A stretch of DNA of 55,533 nucleotides. Source: a virus. Taxonomy: Duplodnaviria > Caudoviricetes. Numbering within the stretch: position 1 is the stretch's first letter; every line of letters begins with the position of its first letter. The notes under the pieces are model-generated. The model saw only the letters and a program-made list of their open reading frames with translations. It had not been told where the DNA came from and did no database searches. Positions 40,001 through 47,738 of the stretch are shown piece by piece. The translations under genes and the position numbers were made by a program. The stretch is taken from positions 1-55,533 of the IMG/VR virus record IMGVR_UViG_3300008448_000102, one strand, 5' to 3'.

Positions 40001-41494
40001 AGGTGGGTTGCTGAATTGACATCGAACATGGGCTTCATCATGTTTGCCGACCGTGCGTCGTGGCTCAATGGTATACAGAACTACATGGATGTGGTATCGT
40101 CACCGAACTCAATCGACATCCTTACCAACCTGAAGAGTTCTCAGTCTGCAAGGCTTTACCCATCTGACACATTATCGGGTCGAATGATTGACTCAAGCAT
40201 GATGAGCCAAGCAAGTGGCACACGTGGGGGTAGAACAAGGGGAGACATTGCAAATACAATGCAGCGCATCTACAACAACTCGCTGAAGAAGTATCAGAAC
40301 TTTGTTGAGACCACAGCCGATTCGCTTATCTCTACGCCTGATAAGATTATGATGAGGCCATATTGGTTTGGCTCGTTCGCTAAGGAGTTTAAGAGCATCA
40401 CGGGCAAGGAACCAAACTTTGACCTGATTGCAGAGAACAACGAGGCGTACATGACCGAGAACAAGGAGGCGCTCGAGCAAGCGAAGAAGACTGCCGACGA
40501 TAAGAGCGTACTTGCGGGTGCATCCGACAACCCATTTATGGGCATCCTCAAGGGTCAGATAACGCCCGACATGAACTCATTACTGAAGGCGTTCAATGTG
40601 TTCAACAACTACATGACACGCTTCCTTATCTACGAATACTCTACCGCAAGGACGGGCATCATGGCAGCCATTGGAAATGGAAGCATCACACGTAAGCAGG
40701 GTGCCGCACTTCTCGGTGGTGTAGCCACAAGGATGGTGGTATACTCACTGCTCACATCCACACTTAGCAACGCATTGGTCGGACTCTTTGTTGATGACGA
40801 GGACGAGGACGACGAGAAGTCCCTGTTGCAGAAGATGGGTCAGGCTATGGCGTCGGGTATGAGTGCCCTGCTGCTTGGCCGTGACTTTGGTAACGCCACA
40901 AGGGCGGTCATCAACTATGGTGTTGAGCGCATGAACGAGGAGTTCCTTACCGGACTGAGGAGTGGTGACTACGACCCATATAAGGACGCCATTGCATACT
41001 CAGCCTTTGCAAGCCAAAGCGACAATGCCACGCTTCAAGACTATGCCATCAATATGATGGGGCCGCTAACTCCAATAGCGAAGACCACGGCGTTGATTGT
41101 TAAGAAGGCTTCGGGTGAACCAAAGAAAGAGGCAGCAGCACGTGGACGTGAGCAGAAGGAGATTGAGGTTCGTATCCCGTTGGAGATTCTTGGTAACGTA
41201 GGCCTTGTTCCCCTGTACAAGGATGTACGCAAGGTAGTGATGGCCGACATTTACAAGGGCATGAAGAAGGAGTTGGGGAAGGGCGACTTCAAAAAACAAG
41301 AGCAGGAGGACATGAGCCGTGAGGACATGAAAAGATACTTCCCTCAAATGTATGAGCAGATGTATGGGAAGCGTTCTCCGAACTATAAAATGGAGCAGTC
41401 CATGAAAAAGTTTGACAAGAAGATGAACGACTTAGACAGGAGGATGAAGGACGAGATGTACAACTACACTCCAAAGAAAAAGGATAATGACTAA
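31013..41494 (+). CDS. giant polyvalent/ejection protein (3493 aa) with a zincin HExxH domain and an HhH glycosylase-like module
   Basis: Uninterrupted ORF; HEIAH at 34673-34687; hydrophobic Gly/Ala segments; modular composition. Confidence 0.8.
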   Translation: MNDKIQKLYDLYTQSGLLNSTDLNTFASATPEQQQKLYDLGVSKGLFKSVDFSTFSTAFQVKKKDEAVPPAEETIPSPQPQQEQPAAMASPSGVSSSASPSGLQEFKGFSPEQLSGMKASAQEAPEVARMRAEMQKPERERQEQEREKKEAASFKAATASEADFASSLGKVNKELIDFDEDYIAPQLNYMFGTYGFKFNQALPGQEAIEVVAPNGKKKTIAVDTFSDKKDLESSNELKAFINENKPKIVSMANQYSQYERKFNNEQEIANSFKSINEEANTLAKEQKDVAARYAAVQKEMEYLSTPAAKAAPDYQQRLAKFNTDSQEINNSVKQLSAKESDVILKQKKLDKSVGLYTEMKSEQGGIFGAMYNAAVGSIGASSAGRVGLFTDLVTAIVPLEYQMGENAYRKSFIEKAISNGISVPQTLSKENFDAWVDRLDEDVRDNIDSKILDENRKGIKQEMLPVVRTGLTQMIGDQGTTKEYMEKKQEEYIAGGLIGLGGSAPAIALSMGAAPVGMAEFFFLGMDATMQQMNAPEFKDISETEKYAVAVPVGVVNAVLEEFGLRNVIGKSGVVNNLVTRALSKSTKTTTAKSFKELVENEVESDIARGVLTFAAAGLAEAETGAAQAAAEIGIQEIYNTVKEKKLFQTPNSMGELIDDVLKSGVQEAVGGFVMGMPSAISTAYKDNNYNGVTDEHIAFFQAFANDVNVRNAFDIKLKNDINIGKITAEQAQEKLDNYTAASGLLNTLPDGLDNAQKRKALGLIQERKGLENQIQNKDEALTKKQRTRIAEINTELEGIMEMTPAPAAPTISEGERLMPITPEAPAAEAKPLTRTEITNPDLKAVIDERVMFYENMLKRDEEFYNEQMAEWNKKGLLQKMFGTLAGAKPSYKEAVRHAKGKLEQLENNPEAYFQETLDFYMEDMPEVPAEQMYMYSDKIGEETEDGARYRTNLVNLLKTFKEENDAIQKQAAGQVPVQPRAGGSQEVAQGEPQAGPQEVTQEGQAQEGVVSSRTLEEQVSALEQMMTEEETNDLIDEFALAVDTVDDAQAALSRGDLVYVFDETTEAPTLVSDATVLAGYTPDRIAVVPRENSPMAQQPQAQPQMSAVEFIMGGIAPTENVVIGSNKAQLDSVRAQTTDATKRRVLDMVDSGVKVLKALFPNVDIAVHTTAESYNQAMRNLGYGTDSKGRFSTVLDADGKVAGGRIDIDLSSADGVTVAHEIAHAVMLKAFGDNPALFKTFRGKISKILADSTVKKLNDFADQYNESESHEEFLVQLAGMLTDNAQELARVEPTTIQKIADAINSIVSTITGGRFVPFKGTTDVNQLVDFLNTITRSIREGEFSDLMNQIEAYSTATPIPVSEPDNFNSKQYKSKASIGKYTIPKGSDPILKTANLPVRSLSDLVKQYGGRVAIITSDATGYGVDSDGAPILGGFGFCVNAKNNQDNIGFASVNVGTVRTTYTLAEKAYGKGKTLVLVMIQPPHTTINNSYGAKYILRGLVDLAKKSKKDFESAKGGMEDFIKKSKAIQKEFKSEDGKARASQKELIKFIDSINSKTNIDRAVQDFLAMTTFTIRKELGLGILLERGDVRISKGTNPAKVAFNGLGYNIFNFLKEYGDSSILDDNIILDNKGGLLVGGFELDVLPKEQREKLILDTQSKGINHPLFNAKLPGTNHFVLDGLYDVQENFGKYAKPDTIILLEKEIVDALVRKYYPTDEYYNADAKKSFNAQRKKGVAEKDIQREYKDLTAAIKSEFKYKYLTGIKGALAPKEPKLIAKVSKGEGFVPKEGAETELASAAFTAIGKYEKADAKDKPKLKSKAQVAVHKDTGFVPVGFWVEQLKGKTAYLDEVIKHVLKAREELKEGKVRERKVVKAYLITIGSVLARGGTYSEWKKKTNQEVSDVFLEKVNGKDHLRPEGVSAAYLITPDGEKLVDDIINGTATFEQIRKMFEYVGFGLENKRTNYVLETMKNDGFKAMTDLFNKNKGSDFNELYKGAIKNFAGIREGKTGFFNQFFGVTSRGVIDARELNAWVAGSMDLTPEQRAKVEKVSRSKKLGEQLLGYIEQVGIELGYPKDLAGYIAHHGIWDSIAKSVTTHQGEYMVVSKAQKAAEGAEKEKYKVVIVFKSKFGGSRAKPYEFNDKRHFDNWFKKYGEKYDIREIYEMNSKAQLSKLRGMERIVELGRASGFSDEAITVVLQKKGYSQSEIDEALKTKKAASKVVVNETFVEGYDRMMGEVDGIIEKGLRRGSTQEQILDNIINYIQGSKAYENATDVQREQLIRDARAAFGKKEKAAPKVERILGTLKDVKNVTMSEYQLLKKQIKDYAKGAKDATKAWRLASESLTKDLRELVRGGKITSKQAVAVLRRFSKVNMFDPNSIESFVNYMTKVFENADYAERISGLRKKLKLAKDSASRKIGIAEGLYPMLNRMLRIDPTLIPDSVLDTYAEIVEMLGKRDAVLKLQDIQDVTEKTKTVLDAVDSELSTLETLSEIFEQYADKVVDENGAIQFADTLDAMVSDGTITNDEAKILRKYKNIVMPRAAKPEKTEEQLKEERDEMLKALSSVDIDAESLPTQDERDLARELQKLKDSDAVEGLSNSELEKLLRVIDNINNGYLPHYAQLMKEKLNAINNEKALESSVKKAKPLPVTKLYARLKSLFYKNSKALDLMVQRNPLFYIDQVFGDFKTKDIFNSILKPISDAMGVFNLSIQRVEDKLNGALDEVAKSHKNDPKKTKMSSYKMMTYMLQLEFMSNPDSVGVNPASEFLKATIKHIRAEKSHLSDIDADMLQEILDTYSDSDGNIDSEKLFKSFNPAEKKALDTIKGINVDMRDKAVFTAHIIRGDKLTPLNNYVHHNVLHEFRPEENISGVTSAEEFNNMMQPSTRGKSLISRTKGVKPLDFNVFSATQRGANYVLMDYYLTEPIRTARKTINATEKALEGETGMNKNDRDTFNAIRNSFEAAVRNTLMTRFHNNTFADEVVNFVTKNGYRAVLASTTRWVAELTSNMGFIMFADRASWLNGIQNYMDVVSSPNSIDILTNLKSSQSARLYPSDTLSGRMIDSSMMSQASGTRGGRTRGDIANTMQRIYNNSLKKYQNFVETTADSLISTPDKIMMRPYWFGSFAKEFKSITGKEPNFDLIAENNEAYMTENKEALEQAKKTADDKSVLAGASDNPFMGILKGQITPDMNSLLKAFNVFNNYMTRFLIYEYSTARTGIMAAIGNGSITRKQGAALLGGVATRMVVYSLLTSTLSNALVGLFVDDEDEDDEKSLLQKMGQAMASGMSALLLGRDFGNATRAVINYGVERMNEEFLTGLRSGDYDPYKDAIAYSAFASQSDNATLQDYAINMMGPLTPIAKTTALIVKKASGEPKKEAAARGREQKEIEVRIPLEILGNVGLVPLYKDVRKVVMADIYKGMKKELGKGDFKKQEQEDMSREDMKRYFPQMYEQMYGKRSPNYKMEQSMKKFDKKMNDLDRRMKDEMYNYTPKKKDND
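33909..34043 (+). CDS. nested 44-aa basic protein in the +1 frame of the giant gene
   Basis: MPFKSKQQVKYLYSQEPEVAKRWRKENPKQDLKKLPKKVKPKKG, preceded by AAGGAGG; resembles the MPFKS..Q small phage proteins. Confidence 0.6.
   Translation: MPFKSKQQVKYLYSQEPEVAKRWRKENPKQDLKKLPKKVKPKKG
34043..34058. repeat. 16-bp palindrome copy 4
   Basis: Exact GTGTCTTCGAGGACAC inside the giant gene, overlapping the stop of the nested ORF. Confidence 0.9.
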
Positions 41495-41904
41495 GTGTAC
41501 CTGACGTACCTGATGTTGTCCTGCTTATCATAGTAGGCCATCATCTCGTCGTCGTTTACCGCCCCCTCTCTGTTTGGACGACCACCAAGCCTGACGCTCC
41601 CGTATATTTTCCTGATGTCGGCGTAAAATATGCCATCCTCACAGGCCCAAATTACGATTGGCTTCATCCGCTTGTCCATGAGTTTGACTAACTTTCTTAA
41701 AGCGAGCGGCAAAGGGAAGGCGTCCCTCATCGGGCGTATCCTTCCCTTTACCTCTGCGTAACCGATGACATTCCCGTCGTGGTCGAGAACCTTGTAATCG
41801 ACGTCGTTCTCGCTGAGTTTTACATATCTCAGGTTGAAGGTCTTTGAAAATAGTTCTATTGCCTTTAACTCACGGGCGAGGTCTGTCTCGGTTTCAAATC
41901 TCAT
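41491..41904 (-). CDS. PD-(D/E)xK nuclease-like protein
   Basis: VDY...YAEVKGR motif. Confidence 0.7.
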   Translation of the reverse strand: MRFETETDLARELKAIELFSKTFNLRYVKLSENDVDYKVLDHDGNVIGYAEVKGRIRPMRDAFPLPLALRKLVKLMDKRMKPIVIWACEDGIFYADIRKIYGSVRLGGRPNREGAVNDDEMMAYYDKQDNIRYVRYT

Positions 41905-42440
41905 TACTTGTTCAGGATTGCGTTCACTCGGCGGTACATCTCCTCCTCGTCGCCAACCCTTACTCGTTCGCTTAGGAGGTCTAATATGCGCTCAAACCGC
42001 TTATACTTTTTGAGCGACATGCGAAGATACTCCTTCTCTGATACAAGATTATCAACCATAACCGTCAGGTTTTCAACACGCTTGACCATCTGTGACTGCT
42101 TGGTCATTGGTACGATTGGCTCCCTGCCCCTAACAAATGCGTCCTTGCACTCCATGTACTTATTGAAAAGCGGTACGGATTGCTCGAGCCAATCGGACAC
42201 ATTCCTGTTGTAGTGTATGATTGTCGAGTGGTTCTTGTTTAGGTACTTACCGATAGTGGTTATACTATGGCCTCGGTCGGATAGTATCTTCGAGAACACC
42301 ATCCTCGCCTCAACAATGGATTGATACCTGCGCTTGTTCATTAGGTCTGTGTTGAACACCTTGTCAACAATCCTCCTTAGTTCCTCCCTTTCCTGTCTTG
42401 CTTTCTCTATCTCCTCGATAGACCTCTGATTTAATTCCAT
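41904..42440 (-). CDS. DnaA C-terminal (domain IV) HTH-like protein
   Basis: RRYQSIVEARMV...SITTIGKYLNKNHSTIIH; start at 42440 after the leader CTCAAATCAC. Confidence 0.7.
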   Translation of the reverse strand: MELNQRSIEEIEKARQEREELRRIVDKVFNTDLMNKRRYQSIVEARMVFSKILSDRGHSITTIGKYLNKNHSTIIHYNRNVSDWLEQSVPLFNKYMECKDAFVRGREPIVPMTKQSQMVKRVENLTVMVDNLVSEKEYLRMSLKKYKRFERILDLLSERVRVGDEEEMYRRVNAILNK

Positions 42441-42648
42441 GTGATTTGAGTTCATTGATTCTGTATTGTTGAAGTTTTGATAGTTTTCCGTCGGGTCTCT
42501 TGACCTCAATAAATAATACGTCCGAGTGGGGCGGTATAGCGATAAGGTCGGGTATCCCGTTGCGGTTTGTCTTGACCAACTTTATCACATAGTATCCCTG
42601 AGCCTCGAGTTCCTTTATCTTCTTGGCTTGTATCTGCTGCTCTGTCAT
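42364..42648 (-). CDS. VRR-NUC domain nuclease
   Basis: E..IQ.K, GIPDL, FIEVKRP.GKLS.LQ motifs. Confidence 0.9.
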   Translation of the reverse strand: MTEQQIQAKKIKELEAQGYYVIKLVKTNRNGIPDLIAIPPHSDVLFIEVKRPDGKLSKLQQYRINELKSHGIKSEVYRGDRESKTGKGGTKEDC

Positions 42649-42856
42649 GCTTTAGTTTCTCTATCTTTCGGTTGATATACCATGCTGCCTTCTCAAGGTC
42701 TTCGATTTGGTCGCCCTTCTTTCCGGCGCGTGATATATATTTGATGGCGTTACCGAGGCAGAAGTCCAAGTCCCAAGCCTCGATGACGTTTATGGTCTCA
42801 TAGGTGGGGTCTCCTGATTGGTAGTGGTCGGGGTGGTCTACTCTGTCTTTATTCAT
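42506..42856 (-). CDS. DUF3310-like protein
   Basis: VDHPDHY, FCLGNAIKYISRAGKK and EDLEKA.WY motifs; long tail overlapping the VRR-NUC gene. Confidence 0.85.
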   Translation of the reverse strand: MNKDRVDHPDHYQSGDPTYETINVIEAWDLDFCLGNAIKYISRAGKKGDQIEDLEKAAWYINRKIEKLKHDRAADTSQEDKGTRGSGILCDKVGQDKPQRDTRPYRYTAPLGRIIY

Positions 42857-43307
42857 ACCTGATTTCCTTCTTTGATTTTTCTTTGCTGTTGTGTTCCTCG
42901 ACCTTCTTTATGAAGGCTTCCAATTTTTCTTCCATCTTACCCGAGAATACCTTGAACTTGGGGGTTTGGATGAACTTATAGAACTCCTCGTGTAGGTAGC
43001 CATTAAGCCAAGCCATTGTCTCCTCGTCCTCGATGTCCCTGTCGTTACATATCCTGTGCGTTACGTGGTATATCTCGTGGCCGATTAGATTGTTGGTCAT
43101 AAACCTGTAATCCAACACCATCACATACAGCGTCGAGTTCACCGTGACAGTGTACCCCTCCGCAGGGTCGTCGTCCTTCGGCTTGTCGCCGCCATACTTT
43201 TTATGGAGGAGCGACTCGACCTTGTAGATGTTGTCGGACACGATGTATATCACATCGCAACTGAACGTATTGACGTTAATCTTCTTTTGGATTTTTATGA
43301 AGGCCAT
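42849..43307 (-). CDS. zincin-like HExxH protein
   Basis: LIGHEIYH...DEETMA motif. Confidence 0.6.
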   Translation of the reverse strand: MAFIKIQKKINVNTFSCDVIYIVSDNIYKVESLLHKKYGGDKPKDDDPAEGYTVTVNSTLYVMVLDYRFMTNNLIGHEIYHVTHRICNDRDIEDEETMAWLNGYLHEEFYKFIQTPKFKVFSGKMEEKLEAFIKKVEEHNSKEKSKKEIRYE

Positions 43308-44745
43308 CTTTGAAGTGTGCTACGGTGTAGTCTTTCTTTTTGGTTACGGCTTTGTAGATGTCTCGCTCAATGCCACCCTTTGAGAACACCCAATACACAT
43401 TGTTGTGCGTCCTATCTCGTGTGGTCATCCTGTCCCTACTCTGCCAATAACTCGTTGCACTGAAGTCAATGTTGTAGTAAACCAAGCAGTCGGCCTGACG
43501 CAAGGATATACCCTCGCGCCCCGAAACTATCTGCAAGGCGATGTGCTTATCGGTGTCCTCGAAGACACTGAGTTCGGTGGTCAACTCGTCGCCGAACACC
43601 TGCTCGAGTGCGTTCAGTTCCTCCTTGAACTTATAGAAGATGCCAATCTTCTTGCCATTGAAGTGTTCCCGTATGAACTCGGCCTTGCTTGTGTCGAGTA
43701 CCATCGAGTTGCCGCTCTCGAACTTGATTGTCCCCGAGCATAACTGATGTACCTTCATCATTAACTTGACGGGTGTGTCAGCCAAGATGGTCTCCTCCTT
43801 ACCCTCAACCACCAAGTCCCTCTTCAGTTTCTCGATGAGTGCGTAGGTTGTAGGCTTTAGTTCCACATCCAATACATGCTCGTCAATCTTGACGTTGAAC
43901 CCCGCCTGACTCTGCGTGTAGTTGATGGTGTATGGCCGCATTACCTCGAGGATTGAATCGCTACCGCCCGAGTAGTCCCGAATCATCAGCCCGTTTATCT
44001 TCTTGTCACGAACCTTCACATACTTGTGACAGAACTTATAGAAGTTGCTGAACTCACGGAATGGATTGTTTGGTATGCCGTACACCTGATGATACATCTG
44101 AGAGTACGACTCGGGCGTTGGTGTCCCCGACATGAGTACGACAAGGGGGTTGCTCTTCTTGATAATCTCCCTCACCGCCACGGCCCTGCCGCTCGGCTTA
44201 GGGAAGGCACCCATGCTGTGTGCCTCGTCTACCACCACCATGTCCCAACGAATAGACTCGTCGATGGTGTGTAGGCTCTCGTAGTTTATGACATGAAGAT
44301 GTAGGTCGGGTCTAAGTGTTGCGTAGTCCGCCTCGATTGAGCCGATGGCCTTCTTCTTTGTGATAAACAGGACACTCTTCATGTTCAGTTCCTGCGCTAT
44401 GCCGAGGCTCGTCAGCGTCTTGCCCGTCCTCACCTCCATTGCGAGGTACAGGAAGCCGTGCTGCCGAAGGATGTCAGACCCACGCATGATGATGTCGTGT
44501 TGATAGTCACGGAATGAGAAGCCGTTCTCCTGCTCATGCAGCATCTTGTAATACTCACAAGACTTGAGAATGCGCTCCTCTACCTCCTCATCTCCTCTAT
44601 ACTTTCTTGCCGCCTGTGATGTAGCCGACTTGCCCCGACCCACCTTCACATCCTTGGTTTGGCTTATGACCTTGTATAGTGACTCGCACCGCTTCCACAT
44701 CTCGAGGTTTGAATATGCAGGTATTCGTTCCAATATGTCCGTCAT
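43276..44745 (-). CDS. SF2 (SNF2-like) helicase
   Basis: FRDYQ, RTGKT, VDEAH, SGTP, GREGISL and QSRDR motifs. Confidence 0.9.
   Translation of the reverse strand: MTDILERIPAYSNLEMWKRCESLYKVISQTKDVKVGRGKSATSQAARKYRGDEEVEERILKSCEYYKMLHEQENGFSFRDYQHDIIMRGSDILRQHGFLYLAMEVRTGKTLTSLGIAQELNMKSVLFITKKKAIGSIEADYATLRPDLHLHVINYESLHTIDESIRWDMVVVDEAHSMGAFPKPSGRAVAVREIIKKSNPLVVLMSGTPTPESYSQMYHQVYGIPNNPFREFSNFYKFCHKYVKVRDKKINGLMIRDYSGGSDSILEVMRPYTINYTQSQAGFNVKIDEHVLDVELKPTTYALIEKLKRDLVVEGKEETILADTPVKLMMKVHQLCSGTIKFESGNSMVLDTSKAEFIREHFNGKKIGIFYKFKEELNALEQVFGDELTTELSVFEDTDKHIALQIVSGREGISLRQADCLVYYNIDFSATSYWQSRDRMTTRDRTHNNVYWVFSKGGIERDIYKAVTKKKDYTVAHFKDGLHKNPKED
43553..43568. repeat. 16-bp palindrome copy 5 (GTGTCCTCGAAGACAC)
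   Basis: Reverse complement of the main form, inside the helicase gene. Confidence 0.9.
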
Positions 44746-45074
44746 CTTGCTATCCTCCTTCCGCAGTCACCGCATCTCATCTTGCGTGAATACTCTGTAA
44801 TCACGGGGTAGTAGCATTCGCACTCCTCCTCCTTGGGTGTGCCGTCCTCATTGTAGTTCTCGTCGAATATCTGCTTGAGTTCGGCGCAATGCTCGAACAT
44901 CTCGCAATCTTGGAAGTACATAATCATCATCTCCAAGGCGTTCGGGCTGAGTTCGTTTGGGTCATGGGCAAAGTATCCAATGCCCGCATTCAGCACGTCG
45001 TCGAATGTGGCCTTGCCCGTGAGGACATTGAATGAGTTAATCATTCCTATGTGAATCGTTTGGTGGCTGTCCAT
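44742..45074 (-). CDS. hypothetical protein with C-terminal Cys pairs
   Basis: Coupled ORF; TAGATTTG box at 45100-45107 (-). Confidence 0.7.
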   Translation of the reverse strand: MDSHQTIHIGMINSFNVLTGKATFDDVLNAGIGYFAHDPNELSPNALEMMIMYFQDCEMFEHCAELKQIFDENYNEDGTPKEEECECYYPVITEYSRKMRCGDCGRRIAR

Positions 45075-47517
45075 CTGTGTCGTATGTTAGTGTGGTTTGC
45101 AAATCTACCTCAGGTTTCTTTTTGATTATCATCCACCTTCCGCTCATGTCCCTGCCCTCCTCGGGAATTGTTCCCTCCTTGAACATGGCGTATGAGACAA
45201 GCCATCGGTAGAACTTAGTTCGGCTTATGGTCATCCTCGACTTTGGCCCGTAGTCGGGGTACTCGTTTATGAAGTCGTAGTACAAGTCGTTCTTGTTAAT
45301 GCGAACGCCCGTCTGTATTGGCGAAGTTCTGCCCTCGCTCCTGTCCAACAGGCCGCACCACTCGATGAAGTCGTGGCAGGTCTCGGCACTAAGTTGGCGA
45401 ACCTTGAGGTTAACGAACTTGCTCTTGACCAACCCCGTGTTGAGGTATCCCTGAAGGTTTCCGACCATGTAGTTGTCGAACTCGCACCAATCGTCATCCG
45501 ACCAATCTCCGAACATCAACTTGCCGAAGTCATCCAATGGGGTGAACGCCTTTGAATAATACTGATGCAGTTCGAGTTCCCACTTGCGTCGGGCGAACGA
45601 GTTGCCCGAGCCCTTGATGGCGTAGTTGGTTGTGATGGCAATCTTGGGAGACTTACTGAATGGAATCTTGATGGCGTCCTTGTTCTTCTTCTCGAGTGTC
45701 AGACCCTCGGTGACCACCGAGAACAGACGCTCGAAGTCGAAGTATTTCTTGACGTCATCGAAGCACAAGATTTGGGTGTCCGCTGACACCAACTGATATG
45801 CGAACGACCGCTCGAAGGTGAAGGACTTTCCGTCGATGACCACGAGTTTCTTCATGTTCGACAGGGCGTTCATAAACAAACCCTTGCCCGTGCCTCCCTC
45901 GGGGTTGTCGCTGATAACCTCGTCGTTGAGGATGATGGCCGGACAGAAGGAGAGGTTCTTGTAGCCGTGCAAAAGGAAACCGATTGTACTCTCCATGGAC
46001 TTGACCCTGCTGTCGTCGTCGAAGCAAATGTTTCGGATGAACCTGCGGTAGTCGCACCTGTCGGTAACGCGGCACTTGTGGAAGTTGCGGTCGATGACGT
46101 GGTCTTTCCAAACGTAGCCCCCCAAGTCGAGGTAGTCGATTGGTATTACATCATTCTTGGTAATCTTCACGGCACAGTTCCTGTAATAAAGGTAGGCCGA
46201 CTCCTTGGTATCCTCGATAAAGTAGATGTCGATTGTTGACAGCATGGACAGGAACTCCTCCTTAAAAAATCGGGTGTTGTCAGCGAAGTAATTATACACG
46301 GACATGTCATCCAATTCCAACAGGTGGTTCAGCACGAAGTCCTTAATCTCCTTCTCGCTTGCGTGGTCGATGAGGTTGTTGGTCACCTTAACGAATACGT
46401 AGTTCTTGCTACCCTCGGGGCAATACTTGTAGAACCCCGAATCCTCAAGGAACTGCTTGAACAGGATGTGTTCTATTCTGATTGCACCCTTCTCGTTCTT
46501 CGTCCAAAATGTCTGCTTGCTATTCTCGTCCTCAATGCGTGTCATCACGGCGTCGATGGTGTCCTCGTCCAACATCGACTCCTGAAGTTGGAGGCGTATC
46601 TCTTTCTTGGATACGCCCCGTAGCAACTTGGATTTGATTTGGCTGATGCGCTCCTCGTCCTCGTAATACTTTGTTCCGAAGTTCGCCGTGTTGGAGTAGG
46701 CCGAGTTGATGGTGGTGGTTATCTCCCGTGCGGTGAAGTCCTCGGTGATGTATTGGTTCAGCACGTAGGATGCGAGCCCTCGGTTTACACCGAAGTCGTT
46801 GAACGCCATCGCAAGGATGTAGCAGTTCTGATTGCGCTGCCCCTCCGTCATGGGGTACTTTTTTGTCCACCACTTTACGAGTATGTCCACAATCTTATTC
46901 TCGTCAGTTATAGGGATGGTTGGCCTGTCCCTGACCTTTGACACCTCCGTGTACTCAGGCTCCGCTATAACGTCCCAAATGGAGGAATTTGGGTTAATGT
47001 AAAGCAGGGGGTCATAGGACTCGTAGCAGACCCTGCTTAGGTTCTTGCTTGTCTTGTCGAAGTACGGGCTGTTGAAGTGCTTCTCGAGGCTGTTGAAGTA
47101 GTTGACGTGGTTTGATGGGTCGGGCGGTATGCGAACCAATACCTTCAGGCCGTTGCCTGATGGTGAGATGAACACGCTGTACACGTACTTGCTCTTGGAC
47201 AGTGTCTCCTTCTCCTGAAGTAGTTCCTTTTGGTTTACGTACCCGTCGAAGTCGAGGCAGATGATGCCCGAGTGTTCGACGATGGAGTCGTCAGACCGCT
47301 TGTTGAACTTGCCGCTGAAGCAGATGGCGGGCAGTTGCTTCTTCAGTTCGTTGCGCTCCTGCTTTCGCTTCTCTAATCGTATCTTCTTGACCAAGTCCTT
47401 GGTTGCGCCGTCCTTGATGCGCCCAAGTATCAAATTGAGGTCACGATAGAATGGGGTGTCGGTGTCCTTGATGGTCTTGAATATGGTCACCAAACTACTA
47501 TATGTCGCTGATGTCAT
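45037..47517 (-). CDS. primase-helicase (VirE-N/BT4734-like primase, PriCT, P-loop helicase)
   Basis: K..LPA..FSG.F, CLDFD, FISPSG.GLK, R.C..SYDP; G.RN (PriCT); Walker A GGTGKG; CFDD. Confidence 0.88.
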   Translation of the reverse strand: MTSATYSSLVTIFKTIKDTDTPFYRDLNLILGRIKDGATKDLVKKIRLEKRKQERNELKKQLPAICFSGKFNKRSDDSIVEHSGIICLDFDGYVNQKELLQEKETLSKSKYVYSVFISPSGNGLKVLVRIPPDPSNHVNYFNSLEKHFNSPYFDKTSKNLSRVCYESYDPLLYINPNSSIWDVIAEPEYTEVSKVRDRPTIPITDENKIVDILVKWWTKKYPMTEGQRNQNCYILAMAFNDFGVNRGLASYVLNQYITEDFTAREITTTINSAYSNTANFGTKYYEDEERISQIKSKLLRGVSKKEIRLQLQESMLDEDTIDAVMTRIEDENSKQTFWTKNEKGAIRIEHILFKQFLEDSGFYKYCPEGSKNYVFVKVTNNLIDHASEKEIKDFVLNHLLELDDMSVYNYFADNTRFFKEEFLSMLSTIDIYFIEDTKESAYLYYRNCAVKITKNDVIPIDYLDLGGYVWKDHVIDRNFHKCRVTDRCDYRRFIRNICFDDDSRVKSMESTIGFLLHGYKNLSFCPAIILNDEVISDNPEGGTGKGLFMNALSNMKKLVVIDGKSFTFERSFAYQLVSADTQILCFDDVKKYFDFERLFSVVTEGLTLEKKNKDAIKIPFSKSPKIAITTNYAIKGSGNSFARRKWELELHQYYSKAFTPLDDFGKLMFGDWSDDDWCEFDNYMVGNLQGYLNTGLVKSKFVNLKVRQLSAETCHDFIEWCGLLDRSEGRTSPIQTGVRINKNDLYYDFINEYPDYGPKSRMTISRTKFYRWLVSYAMFKEGTIPEEGRDMSGRWMIIKKKPEVDLQTTLTYDTDGQPPNDSHRND

Positions 47518-47678
47518 TCGTATGTCGATTTAATGTTGATTTAATTGAGTTAACTGATTGATTAGTAATACTTATGTCGATTATGTCAATTATTCTTTCT
47601 AAATATAAATAAAAAAAAATAATAATAAAGAGAGTATATATAGAGAAGTAGGGGGTTCTGAATTGACTTTTCTGACAT
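47501..47678. other. origin-like element B, overlapping the primase-helicase start
   Basis: ATGTY at 47502, 47511, 47522, 47533, 47574, 47583; IHF-like site; AT tract; inverted GACAT at 47674; 19-nt identity with 444-462. Confidence 0.65.
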
Positions 47679-47689
47679 AGGTAGGGGCG

Positions 47690-47715
47690 AAAAAAAGTGG
47701 GGGCGAACCCCCACT
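47690..47715 (-). terminator. intrinsic terminator after the SSB-like gene
   Basis: On the - strand, an AGTGGGG...CCCCACT stem around a TTCG loop, followed by a T run. Confidence 0.8.
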
Positions 47716-47738
47716 CTTCTCGTGCAATAGCCTCAGAA

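Noticed and set aside
31013-41494. Giant protein as a virion RNA polymerase (crAss/N4-like)
   Set aside because: No convincing DxDxD catalytic loop in context (DFDED and DSDGN lie in unrelated helical regions) and no T7-type motifs recognised; a structure search would be needed to exclude it fully
786-41531. Many antisense and alternate-frame ORFs of 60-140 aa within long genes
   Set aside because: Shadow ORFs produced by codon bias, with no leaders or recognisable motifs
45776-45789. GTGTC-CGCT-GACAC as a tenth palindrome copy
   Set aside because: Spacer is 4 nt instead of 6 and lacks the YTYRAR core
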